This document shows positions 23,590 through 30,624 of a stretch of DNA of 32,000 bases, one piece after another. Source of the DNA: an uncultured bacterium (lineage in GTDB: Bacteria > Margulisbacteria > WOR-1 > CAVSGV01); assembly GCA_963699255.1 (NCBI GenBank), contig OY969425.1, positions 960,001 through 992,000 of the forward strand, given 5' to 3'. Under the pieces are notes generated by a model, which saw only the letters and a program-made list of their open reading frames with translations, was not told where the DNA came from and did no database searches. Position numbers and translations under genes: made by a program. Position 1 is the first letter of the stretch. The number at the start of each line of letters is the position of its first letter.

Positions 23590-24285
23590 TCACCATATCA
23601 AAATTGAAACAATTGCCCCCAAAGCGAGGAAAGGCGCGAACGGAATATAATCCTCCCTGTTCAGCTTTTTCAGCAGGATTAGCGCTATGCCCGCTGCGGC
23701 TCCGGTCAGCGAAGCGAAGAGAACGGATAGAAGCGTCCTCTCGATGCCGAGATTTGCCCCGAGCATGATAAGCAGCTTTATATCCCCGTCGCCCATCGCC
23801 TCTTTTTTTAACGCGTATTTTGCCGCCGACGAGATCAGGAACATGAACGAAAAACCGAAACAAGCGCCGGTCAGGCTTTCGATAAAGTTGCCGCTATAAG
23901 CCGAATACGCGAGCCCCGTGCCGATCCCGATCAGCATCAGGAAATCGGGGATCACCATGTGTTCAATGTCAATAAAAGAAATAAGGACCAGCAGGATCGA
24001 GAATATTAAAATAGCGGCGAACCGGACTGAAAAACCCACCTTTAGATAGAAGATCAATAACAGCGCCGCGGTCAGGGCTTCAACAACAGGATAGCGGATG
24101 GATATCTTTTCCCCGCAATATCTGCAGCGGCCGCGAAGGATCAAATAACTGATCAGGGGAATAAGGTCGTAAGCTCTCAAAGTTGACTTGCATTTCGGGC
24201 AGTGGGACGGCGGGTAAACGATCGATCCCTCTTCAGGGATCCTGGAAATACATACGTTCAGAAAACTTCCCGTAACAAGGCCCAA
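23590..24285 (-). CDS. pilD: Prepilin peptidase / N-methyltransferase (A24 family); true start probably upstream of the TTG at 24285
   Basis: GSFLNVCISRIP, Zn-knuckle CPKC...CRYC, catalytic Asp motifs DIEHMVIPD and GDGDIKLL. The frame stays open upstream and encodes the missing half of TM1 (IKVETAAIYSLIIV), but it contains no ATG, GTG or TTG. Confidence 0.9.
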   Translation of the reverse strand: MGLVTGSFLNVCISRIPEEGSIVYPPSHCPKCKSTLRAYDLIPLISYLILRGRCRYCGEKISIRYPVVEALTAALLLIFYLKVGFSVRFAAILIFSILLVLISFIDIEHMVIPDFLMLIGIGTGLAYSAYSGNFIESLTGACFGFSFMFLISSAAKYALKKEAMGDGDIKLLIMLGANLGIERTLLSVLFASLTGAAAGIALILLKKLNREDYIPFAPFLALGAIVSILIW

Positions 24286-24340
24286 AACAATTATTAGTGA
24301 GTAAATCGCTGCCGTTTCTACTTTAATGCCGCCTCTTTTC

Positions 24341-24369
24341 TTGACTTTACCAGCAAATAAATATATATT
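24341..24369 (+). promoter_or_regulatory. Sigma-70-type promoter of the cheY-like/pilB/pilC operon
   Basis: TTGACT (24341-24346), 17-nt spacer, TATATT (24364-24369). Confidence 0.55.
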
Positions 24370-24399
24370 AGTATATCTTTGAAGTCAAATCCGTCTTGA

Positions 24400-24419
24400 C
24401 CTGCCTGCCGGCAGGCAGG
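24400..24419. promoter_or_regulatory. Perfect 20-bp GC-rich palindrome in the operon leader
   Basis: CCTGCCTGCC|GGCAGGCAGG is a perfect inverted repeat, 13 nt upstream of ATG 24433. Its 3' arm overlaps the only purine-rich SD candidate (AGGGG). Confidence 0.8.
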
Positions 24420-24432
24420 GGCAGAAAGATCT

Positions 24433-24786
24433 ATGAAAAAAATCCTAGTGGTGGACGACGAGGAAAGCGTAAGAATCATATTAAAACAGATGCTTGAAAA
24501 GGGCGGCTACAGCGTTGAGGTCAGGAGCGACGGAGAGGAAGCGCTGGGGGCGCTAAAAAGCGGCCGTTTTAACATGCTTATCACCGACATTAATATGCCG
24601 AAAATGAACGGCATTGAACTCCTTTATAAAACAAAAGAAGAGTTCCCCGCCATGCCTGTGGTCTTTATCACCGCTTACGGAAAAGACAAAACGATAATTG
24701 AGGCAATGAAAATGGGGCTCTCCGATAACATAGAAAAACCGTTCAGGATGGATGATGTCCTGAAGACCGTTAAAGACCTCATTTAA
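24433..24786 (+). CDS. Single-domain CheY-like response regulator
   Basis: 117 aa. VVDDE, phospho-acceptor context MLITDINMPKMNG, TAYG, KPF. No output domain. Confidence 0.9.
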   Translation: MKKILVVDDEESVRIILKQMLEKGGYSVEVRSDGEEALGALKSGRFNMLITDINMPKMNGIELLYKTKEEFPAMPVVFITAYGKDKTIIEAMKMGLSDNIEKPFRMDDVLKTVKDLI

Positions 24787-24803
24787 AGAAGGGACGTGAG
24801 CAG

Positions 24804-26501
24804 ATGCCCGTCAGGCAAAGAAAATCCCTCGGGGAAAGCCTTGTTGAACAAAAGATAATATCCGAAGAGCAGCTCAGGACCGCCGTAAAAGAAAGCGAGA
24901 ACAGCGGCGAACCGCTGAGAAAAACGCTTGTAAAGACCGGATTGGTCTCTGAAGAAGACATCTGCGGCTTCTTTGAGGAACAGCTAGGGATCCCCAGAAT
25001 AGACCTGAAAAATTACCTGATAGATCAAAAGATACTTTCGCTGATCCCCGAAAGTCTCGCCAAGAAATACAACCTGATCCCGCTTTTCAAGACCGGGGAT
25101 ACCCTGACGATAGCCACCGCCGACCCTCTAAATGTCGTGGCTATGGATGAGATCAGGATAAAGACCAAAAGCAACATTGAACCCGCGGTGGCGACAGAAA
25201 CCGAAATAAGGAACTCGATAAACCAGTATTACGGGGTAGGCGGCTCCATAGAAGACATCATCAGGAGCATTGACATAAAATCGCTCGCCATAGATGAAGG
25301 CAAGGAAGAAATAGAGCCGGAAAAGCTGAAAAATATCGCGGAAGAAGCGCCCATAATCAAGCTTGTGAACCTGATAATCCTTCAGGCGATAAGGGATAAA
25401 GCTTCCGATATTCACGTGGAACCGGAAGAGGACAGCCTGCAGATCAGGTTCAGGGTCGATGGGATCCTGCATGAGCAGGCCACCATCCCGAAACAGATGC
25501 AGGCGGCGGTGCTTTCCAGAATGAAAATAATGTCCGACATGAACATCGCGACAAAAAGGATCCCTCAGGACGGAAGGTTCAGGTTGAACATAGAGGGAGG
25601 ACAGATAGATATGAGAGTGTCATCCCTCCCGACCATCTTCGGCGAAAATATCGTGATGAGGCTTCTTGATACGACAAGCATACTTATCGGTCTGGAAAGG
25701 CTGGGCTTTGACGAAAAAAACCTTGAAAAATTCAAGTCCCTTATCGTCAAACCGCACGGGATAATCCTTGTTACGGGTCCTACAGGTTCCGGGAAAACAA
25801 CGACGCTGTATTCCGCTTTGAACACCATAAACACTCCGGACAAGAACATCATTACGGTCGAAGATCCGGTGGAATATCAGCTGAAAATGATCCGCCAGTC
25901 GCAGATAAACCCGAAAGCGGGGCTTACTTTCGCGACGGGACTGCGTTCGATCTTAAGGCAGGATCCGGACGTAATAATGGTCGGTGAAATAAGGGACCTG
26001 GAGACGGCTGAAATATCGATCCAGGCGGCGCTGACCGGGCATCTGGTGTTTTCCACCCTTCACACGAACGATGCCCCCAGTTCGCTGACCAGATTGACCG
26101 ACATGGGGGTTGAACCTTTCCTTATATCCTCTTCCGTGATCGGGATCATCGCCCAGAGACTTGTAAGAACGATATGTCCGTCCTGCAAGCAATCCTATAC
26201 CCCTTCCAAGGAGGCCCTTGATGATATAGGCGTAACACTTCCGGAAGGACCGCTGAAGTTCTACAGGGGCGCCGGATGCAAGGTCTGCAAGAACACCGGA
26301 TACAAAGGCAGGATAGGGATATTTGAAATGCTCCTGCTTGATGACAAGATCAGGGACCTGATCCTTGCCAAAACCTCGAGTGCTCAGATAAAACACCTGG
26401 CGCAGGAATCCGGCATGAAGACGCTGCGCGAGGACGGGGTCGTAAAAGTGCTCGCGGGCGCTACCACGATAGATGAAGTTATCAGGGTAACTCAGGAATA
26501 A
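24804..26501 (+). CDS. pilB: Type IV pilus assembly ATPase (PilB/GspE family)
   Basis: 565 aa. N-terminal T2SSE_N/MshEN-like domain, Walker A GPTGSGKTTTLY, VGEIRD, HLVFSTLHTND, tetracysteine CPSC...CKVC. Confidence 0.93.
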   Translation: MPVRQRKSLGESLVEQKIISEEQLRTAVKESENSGEPLRKTLVKTGLVSEEDICGFFEEQLGIPRIDLKNYLIDQKILSLIPESLAKKYNLIPLFKTGDTLTIATADPLNVVAMDEIRIKTKSNIEPAVATETEIRNSINQYYGVGGSIEDIIRSIDIKSLAIDEGKEEIEPEKLKNIAEEAPIIKLVNLIILQAIRDKASDIHVEPEEDSLQIRFRVDGILHEQATIPKQMQAAVLSRMKIMSDMNIATKRIPQDGRFRLNIEGGQIDMRVSSLPTIFGENIVMRLLDTTSILIGLERLGFDEKNLEKFKSLIVKPHGIILVTGPTGSGKTTTLYSALNTINTPDKNIITVEDPVEYQLKMIRQSQINPKAGLTFATGLRSILRQDPDVIMVGEIRDLETAEISIQAALTGHLVFSTLHTNDAPSSLTRLTDMGVEPFLISSSVIGIIAQRLVRTICPSCKQSYTPSKEALDDIGVTLPEGPLKFYRGAGCKVCKNTGYKGRIGIFEMLLLDDKIRDLILAKTSSAQIKHLAQESGMKTLREDGVVKVLAGATTIDEVIRVTQE

Positions 26502-26512
26502 GATAATTCAGC

Positions 26513-27727
26513 ATGCCAACTTTTTCCTATAAAGCGAGAGACGAAACCGGCAAGCCGATCTCCAGCATAATGGAAGCGTCAAATAAAGATGCCCTTGCCT
26601 CAAGGCTGCAAAAGCTCAAGTACACGGTCATCTCAATTTCCGAAAAAGCGATCCCGTTCACAATAGATAAGTTCCTGCGAAGGTTCACCAGAGTAAAGAT
26701 CAATGACCTGGTAATGTTCAATGTTCAACTTGCCAATATGATAGGCGCCGGGATCCCGTTGCCATCGAGCCTTATGACCCTTTCGGAACAGATCGAGAAC
26801 GAAAGATTAAAGGATGCCGTAAGCGACGTATATAACGAGATAAAGGGAGGCCAGACCTTCGCTGACTCCTTAAAAAAACATCCCGATATTTTCCCCCCGC
26901 TTTTCACGAACATGATACATGCCGGCGAGGTCGCCGGGAACCTGGATGAAATATTGAACAGGCTGGCGACATTCGTGGAACACGAATCGGAGCTGAGGCA
27001 AAAAATAACCACGGCGCTGTTTTATCCGATGATCCTTGCCGTATTCGGCACTGCCGTCGTGGTGTTAATTATTGTTACTATACTTCCCTCTTTCGCCAAA
27101 ATATTCATCGAAGCTAATGTTCCGCTGCCGCTGCCGACAATGGTGCTTTATAACCTGAACCTGGTAATAAGGGCTTACTGGAAGCATATTATTGTGGCGA
27201 TTGCAGCGCTGTTCTTTCTCGCGAGGTGGTACAAAAGGACCCCGACCGGGAAATATTACCTGGACAGCGCCATGCTCAATATCCCTGTCTGGGGAAAACT
27301 GATAAGGGAGTCAACGGTCGCCCGCCTCACAAGGACACTTGCGTCGCTCATTTCAGCCGGCGTCCCGATGCTGCAGTCACTTGAGGTAACGGAGAAGACA
27401 ATAGACAACTCGATAATCTCCGGGGTTCTGAAGGACGTATATTCATCGGTAAGCAAAGGCGAGACTATTTCAGAACCGCTAAGGAAAAGCGGCCAGTTCC
27501 CGGCTATGCCCATCCACATGATAGCCGTTGGTGAAGAAACCGGTGCACTGGATACAATGCTCAACAAAGTTGCCGATTATTACGACATGGAAACAGAATA
27601 CAGCATAAAAAGGATCACTTCGCTTCTTGAGCCTATTTTTCTGGTCATTATCGGCGGTATGGTGGGATTCATTTTTGCATCTATACTGCTGCCCATATTC
27701 CAGATGGTGAAGACGCTGAAACACTAG
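26513..27727 (+). CDS. pilC: Type IV pilus platform protein (PilC/GspF family)
   Basis: 404 aa. Two GspF-type repeats, three TM segments, typical N-terminus MPTFSYKARDETGK.... Confidence 0.93.
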   Translation: MPTFSYKARDETGKPISSIMEASNKDALASRLQKLKYTVISISEKAIPFTIDKFLRRFTRVKINDLVMFNVQLANMIGAGIPLPSSLMTLSEQIENERLKDAVSDVYNEIKGGQTFADSLKKHPDIFPPLFTNMIHAGEVAGNLDEILNRLATFVEHESELRQKITTALFYPMILAVFGTAVVVLIIVTILPSFAKIFIEANVPLPLPTMVLYNLNLVIRAYWKHIIVAIAALFFLARWYKRTPTGKYYLDSAMLNIPVWGKLIRESTVARLTRTLASLISAGVPMLQSLEVTEKTIDNSIISGVLKDVYSSVSKGETISEPLRKSGQFPAMPIHMIAVGEETGALDTMLNKVADYYDMETEYSIKRITSLLEPIFLVIIGGMVGFIFASILLPIFQMVKTLKH

Positions 27728-27827
27728 AGGAGCTAGAAGAACTAGATGTTAAGAGGTGAAAAGGTTGAGAAGAAAAAGAGGAAGGACCTCTTTACCTCTT
27801 CCACTTTTAGCTCCCCTAGCTCTTCTA
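27725..27827. repeat. Purine-arm/pyrimidine-arm imperfect palindrome between pilC and pilT
   Basis: The left end TAGAGGAGCTAGAAGAACTAG (27725-27745, which includes the pilC TAG stop) matches the reverse complement of 27807-27827 at 16/21. The left half is almost pure A/G and the right half almost pure C/T. Confidence 0.5.
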
Positions 27828-27831
27828 ATTC

Positions 27832-27859
27832 TTGCGTATTATTATTACGGTAGTATAAT
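27832..27859 (+). promoter_or_regulatory. Possible sigma-70 promoter for pilT
   Basis: TTGCGT (27832-27837), 16-nt spacer, TATAAT (27854-27859). There is no obvious SD before ATG 27880. Confidence 0.4.
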
Positions 27860-27879
27860 GTTTTTCGTCTCTGGTACAT

Positions 27880-28926
27880 ATGGAAATAAACAGCTTACTT
27901 AAAATAGTAGTTGAAAAAAATGCTTCGGATCTGCTCATCGTATCCGGAACAGCTCCTGTACTCAGGATCAACGGGGCGCTTTCTCCCATAGATTCCGCGA
28001 GACTCTCTGAAAGCGAAGCAAAATCCCTGATCTACGGTCTTCTCACTCCGAAACAGATAGAAACCTTCGAGAAAACAAAGGAACTTGACTGCGGTTATGA
28101 ACTTAAAGGCGTATCAAGGTTCAGGGTCAACGTTCACTATCAAAGAGGCACGGCAGCAGCGGCACTGAGGCTTATCCCTTCCGAGATCCCGACGCTCGAG
28201 GACTTAAGGCTCCCAAATGTTGTTGCCGATTTCGCCAACCTTGAGCGGGGGCTGGTGCTTGTGACCGGACCCACGGGATCCGGGAAAACCACAACGCAGG
28301 CGTGCATGGTGGACATTATCAATGCGAGCAGGAGCCGCCACGTGATAACCATAGAAGACCCCATCGAATACGTCCACGGAAACAAAAGAAGCATTGTGGA
28401 ACAAAGAGAGGTCGGACTCGACACCGAATCCTTTGATTCCGCCTTGAAGAGAGTGCTAAGGCAGAACCCTGATGTCATACTGATAGGGGAAATGAGAGAC
28501 CTGGAAACCATACAAACCGCTATAACAGCCGCGGAAACAGGCCACCTTGTCATATCCACCCTTCATACGAACGACGCTGTGCAGGCGGTAGACCGCATTA
28601 TCGATGTTTTCCCGCCATACCAGCAGACCCAGGTAAGGATGCAGCTTTCGCTGTCCCTGCAGGGGATAATGGCCCAGCAGCTTATACCGAGAATAGACAA
28701 GAAGGGACAGATAGTCGCCACAGAGGTCCTTATTGCCACTTCGGCCGTCAGGAATTTGATCAGGAAAGGCACCACCCAGGAGCTATATTCCACACTGGAC
28801 ATAGGCGCGAAATTCGGGATGCAGAGCATGGATGCCTGCCTTAAGAATCTATACAAGAACAAGTTGATATCATACGACGAAGCTTTCGCGCACGCGATAA
28901 ACCAGGAGCATTTCGAGAAACTTTGA
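27880..28926 (+). CDS. pilT: Twitching-motility retraction ATPase
   Basis: 348 aa. GPTGSGKTTT, IGEMRD, GHLVISTLHTNDA, PilT-type AVRNLIRKG motif. Confidence 0.93.
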   Translation: MEINSLLKIVVEKNASDLLIVSGTAPVLRINGALSPIDSARLSESEAKSLIYGLLTPKQIETFEKTKELDCGYELKGVSRFRVNVHYQRGTAAAALRLIPSEIPTLEDLRLPNVVADFANLERGLVLVTGPTGSGKTTTQACMVDIINASRSRHVITIEDPIEYVHGNKRSIVEQREVGLDTESFDSALKRVLRQNPDVILIGEMRDLETIQTAITAAETGHLVISTLHTNDAVQAVDRIIDVFPPYQQTQVRMQLSLSLQGIMAQQLIPRIDKKGQIVATEVLIATSAVRNLIRKGTTQELYSTLDIGAKFGMQSMDACLKNLYKNKLISYDEAFAHAINQEHFEKL

Positions 28927-28949
28927 CATTTCGTCCCGTTATAATATAA
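28922..28949 (+). promoter_or_regulatory. Consensus sigma-70 promoter of the major pilin gene
   Basis: TTGACA (28922-28927, overlapping the pilT stop), 16-nt spacer, TATAAT (28944-28949). Followed by SD AAAGGAGGGGGTGA. Confidence 0.6.
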
Positions 28950-28974
28950 TGTAAAAAAAGGAGGGGGTGAAAAA

Positions 28975-29427
28975 ATGAAAACAAGCAAAGGCTTTACTCT
29001 TATCGAGTTACTCATAGTCATGGCGGTCATAGCCATATTGATCGCTATAGCGATCCCTAGCTTCAGAGGCATGCAGCAGGAAGCAAGGAAGACAAAGGCT
29101 CAGGGCGACGTCAGGGTAATAAAGATTGCTATCGAATCTTACTACAAGAATCATAACAATCAATACCCGGCTACTGGAGTCGACTACCAGACAACACTGC
29201 AAAACGCTGTACCAAGGATACTTGAAGGAACGTTGAACGATCCTTTCAGCGTAGGTGCAAATGTGCCTTATCAGTATGCTCTAAGCGGTGCAGACCCAAC
29301 GAGTTCCGATTACTATATCATATGGTCAGTCGGACCGAATCAATCAGCTGTACCGGCCACAGTGTCAACATCAGGCATTGTTACGGCAACAAATGAGGTG
29401 ATCTGGGAATCGAACGGTCACATGTAA
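28975..29427 (+). CDS. Type IV pilin / GspG-like pseudopilin (probable major subunit)
   Basis: Class III signal MKTSKG|FTLIELLIVMAVIAILIAIAIPSF with Glu at +5. The globular part, with ...DPFS...YQYAL...YYIIWSVGPN, resembles GspG/PilA-type subunits. Confidence 0.88.
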   Translation: MKTSKGFTLIELLIVMAVIAILIAIAIPSFRGMQQEARKTKAQGDVRVIKIAIESYYKNHNNQYPATGVDYQTTLQNAVPRILEGTLNDPFSVGANVPYQYALSGADPTSSDYYIIWSVGPNQSAVPATVSTSGIVTATNEVIWESNGHM

Positions 29428-29457
29428 TCACGGAATGTCTTTAAAGACATGTTGATT

Positions 29458-29492
29458 TAAAGGGAGCTGACTAGTCGGCTCCCTTTCTTTTT
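29458..29492 (+). terminator. Rho-independent terminator after the pilin gene
   Basis: Stem AGGGAGCTGAC / GTCGGCTCCCT (29461-29484) followed by TTCTTTTT. Confidence 0.8.
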
Positions 29493-29641
29493 AATTTCCA
29501 ATGACCAATCCCAAATAAATACCAATTAATTTGCAATTACCAATTTGACAATTGACCGCTAAGTACAAAAGCGCACAATTTGTCTTATTTCATTGACTAA
29601 TTGGACATTGGTCATTAATTTGACATTTGACACTGGAAATT
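29493..29641. repeat. MITE/REP-like imperfect palindromic element, family 1, copy 2
   Basis: Nested perfect inverted repeats: AATTTCCA (29493-29500) / TGGAAATT (29634-29641), and AATGACCAAT (29500-29509) / ATTGGTCATT (29607-29616). A/C-rich left half, T/G-rich right half. Ends homologous to 5762-5894. Confidence 0.6.
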
Positions 29642-29675
29642 GGTAATTGATTTTCCTTTGTGTTATCATTTCTTC

Positions 29676-30035
29676 ATGAAATCAAAGGGTTTTACTCTAC
29701 TTGAGATCCTCCTGATAATAATCATCCTTATTTTAGTTTTCTTTCCGCTTTTGGAGATGCTCTCAAGCGGCCTTCTGGTAAGCGACAAAGTAAAAAGCAC
29801 GAACACCGCCATGATACTTGCCCAGCAACAAATGGAGGCCGTTAAGAATTCCTCCTTCACTTCCATAAGCAGCACACCTCAGACCACGATCGCGTCATAC
29901 CCGGCCTATAGCTCACAGGTCATAGTAAGCACGCCTCAAACTAATTTAAAGGATGTTCAGGTGATAGTATACTGGCTTTCGGTCACAGGATCACAAACAA
30001 GTGTATCTATTGAAACATTTATATCGAATTTCTAA
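29676..30035 (+). CDS. Minor pilin / pseudopilin (prepilin-type N-terminal domain)
   Basis: Start placed at ATG 29676: MKSKG|FTLLEILLIIIILILVFFPLLEM.... The track start at 29640 would add 12 residues before the leader. Confidence 0.75.
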   Translation: MKSKGFTLLEILLIIIILILVFFPLLEMLSSGLLVSDKVKSTNTAMILAQQQMEAVKNSSFTSISSTPQTTIASYPAYSSQVIVSTPQTNLKDVQVIVYWLSVTGSQTSVSIETFISNF

Positions 30036-30047
30036 GGAGCTCACACA

Positions 30048-30104
30048 GATGCTTGGATTTGCTCAGCATGACACACAATGTCGCTCTGAACGAAGTGAAG
30101 GATC
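30048..30104. repeat. Imperfect hairpin element embedded at the 5' end of the next pilin ORF
   Basis: GATGCTTGGATTTGCTCAGCATGAC (30048-30072), loop ACACAAT, GTCGCTCTGAACGAAGTGAAGGATC (30080-30104). 19 of 25 positions pair, counting G-U. Confidence 0.55.
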
Positions 30105-30612
30105 TGCCTTGAAGGAAAGTCTGCGGCGTTCTGCAGGGTTCACCTTAGTGGAATCCGTTTTAGTGCTGGCTATGCTCGGTTTTTTGATGGTCGTGATCTT
30201 TTACGCCTTCACGGCCTCCATGCGCATCTTCACGAGTGAGATGTCCGAAGCCGATACATCCCTGGAAACGCACAGGGCCATGGAGCGGATGACAAAAGAG
30301 CTGAGGGGCGCCCTTCAGATAGTTTCGGCGGAGGCTTCAAGCATAACCTTCTGGTATAACGATCTAAATGGTGATGGAACAATGGAAGCGAATGAAACCG
30401 TAACATATTCCTGGACAGGAGCATCTCCGGGATACATAAACAGGACTGTGCAAACTTCGACACAGGAGGTCTCGTCCGGGATCATGAACTTTTCTCTTAC
30501 ATATAATGACCCGGACCCGTCCAATATCAACTTCATCACCATATTTATGGCCGCTCAGAATGGCTCTACCATGAGCACGCTCGAATCCAGTGTGGACTGC
30601 AGAAATTTATGA
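30049..30612 (+). CDS. Minor pilin (prepilin-type N-terminal domain); start ambiguous (ATG 30049 or TTG 30109)
   Basis: ...RRSAG|FTLVESVLVLAMLGFLMVVIFYAF.... ATG 30049 (SD AAGGAG) gives an unusually long 30-aa leader. TTG 30109 (SD GAAGGA) gives a typical 10-aa leader, MKESLRRSAG. Confidence 0.75.
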   Translation: MLGFAQHDTQCRSERSEGSALKESLRRSAGFTLVESVLVLAMLGFLMVVIFYAFTASMRIFTSEMSEADTSLETHRAMERMTKELRGALQIVSAEASSITFWYNDLNGDGTMEANETVTYSWTGASPGYINRTVQTSTQEVSSGIMNFSLTYNDPDPSNINFITIFMAAQNGSTMSTLESSVDCRNL

Positions 30613-30624
30613 TATAATCAGGTT

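Noticed and set aside
24825-24896. PilB N-terminal segment SLGESLVEQKIISEEQLRTAVKES as an MshEN-type c-di-GMP binding motif
   Set aside because: Compared with the motif as I recall it (RLGxxLLxxGLLxxxxLxxxLxxQ), the leading Arg, the central Gly and the terminal Gln are all substituted. c-di-GMP binding cannot be claimed from sequence.
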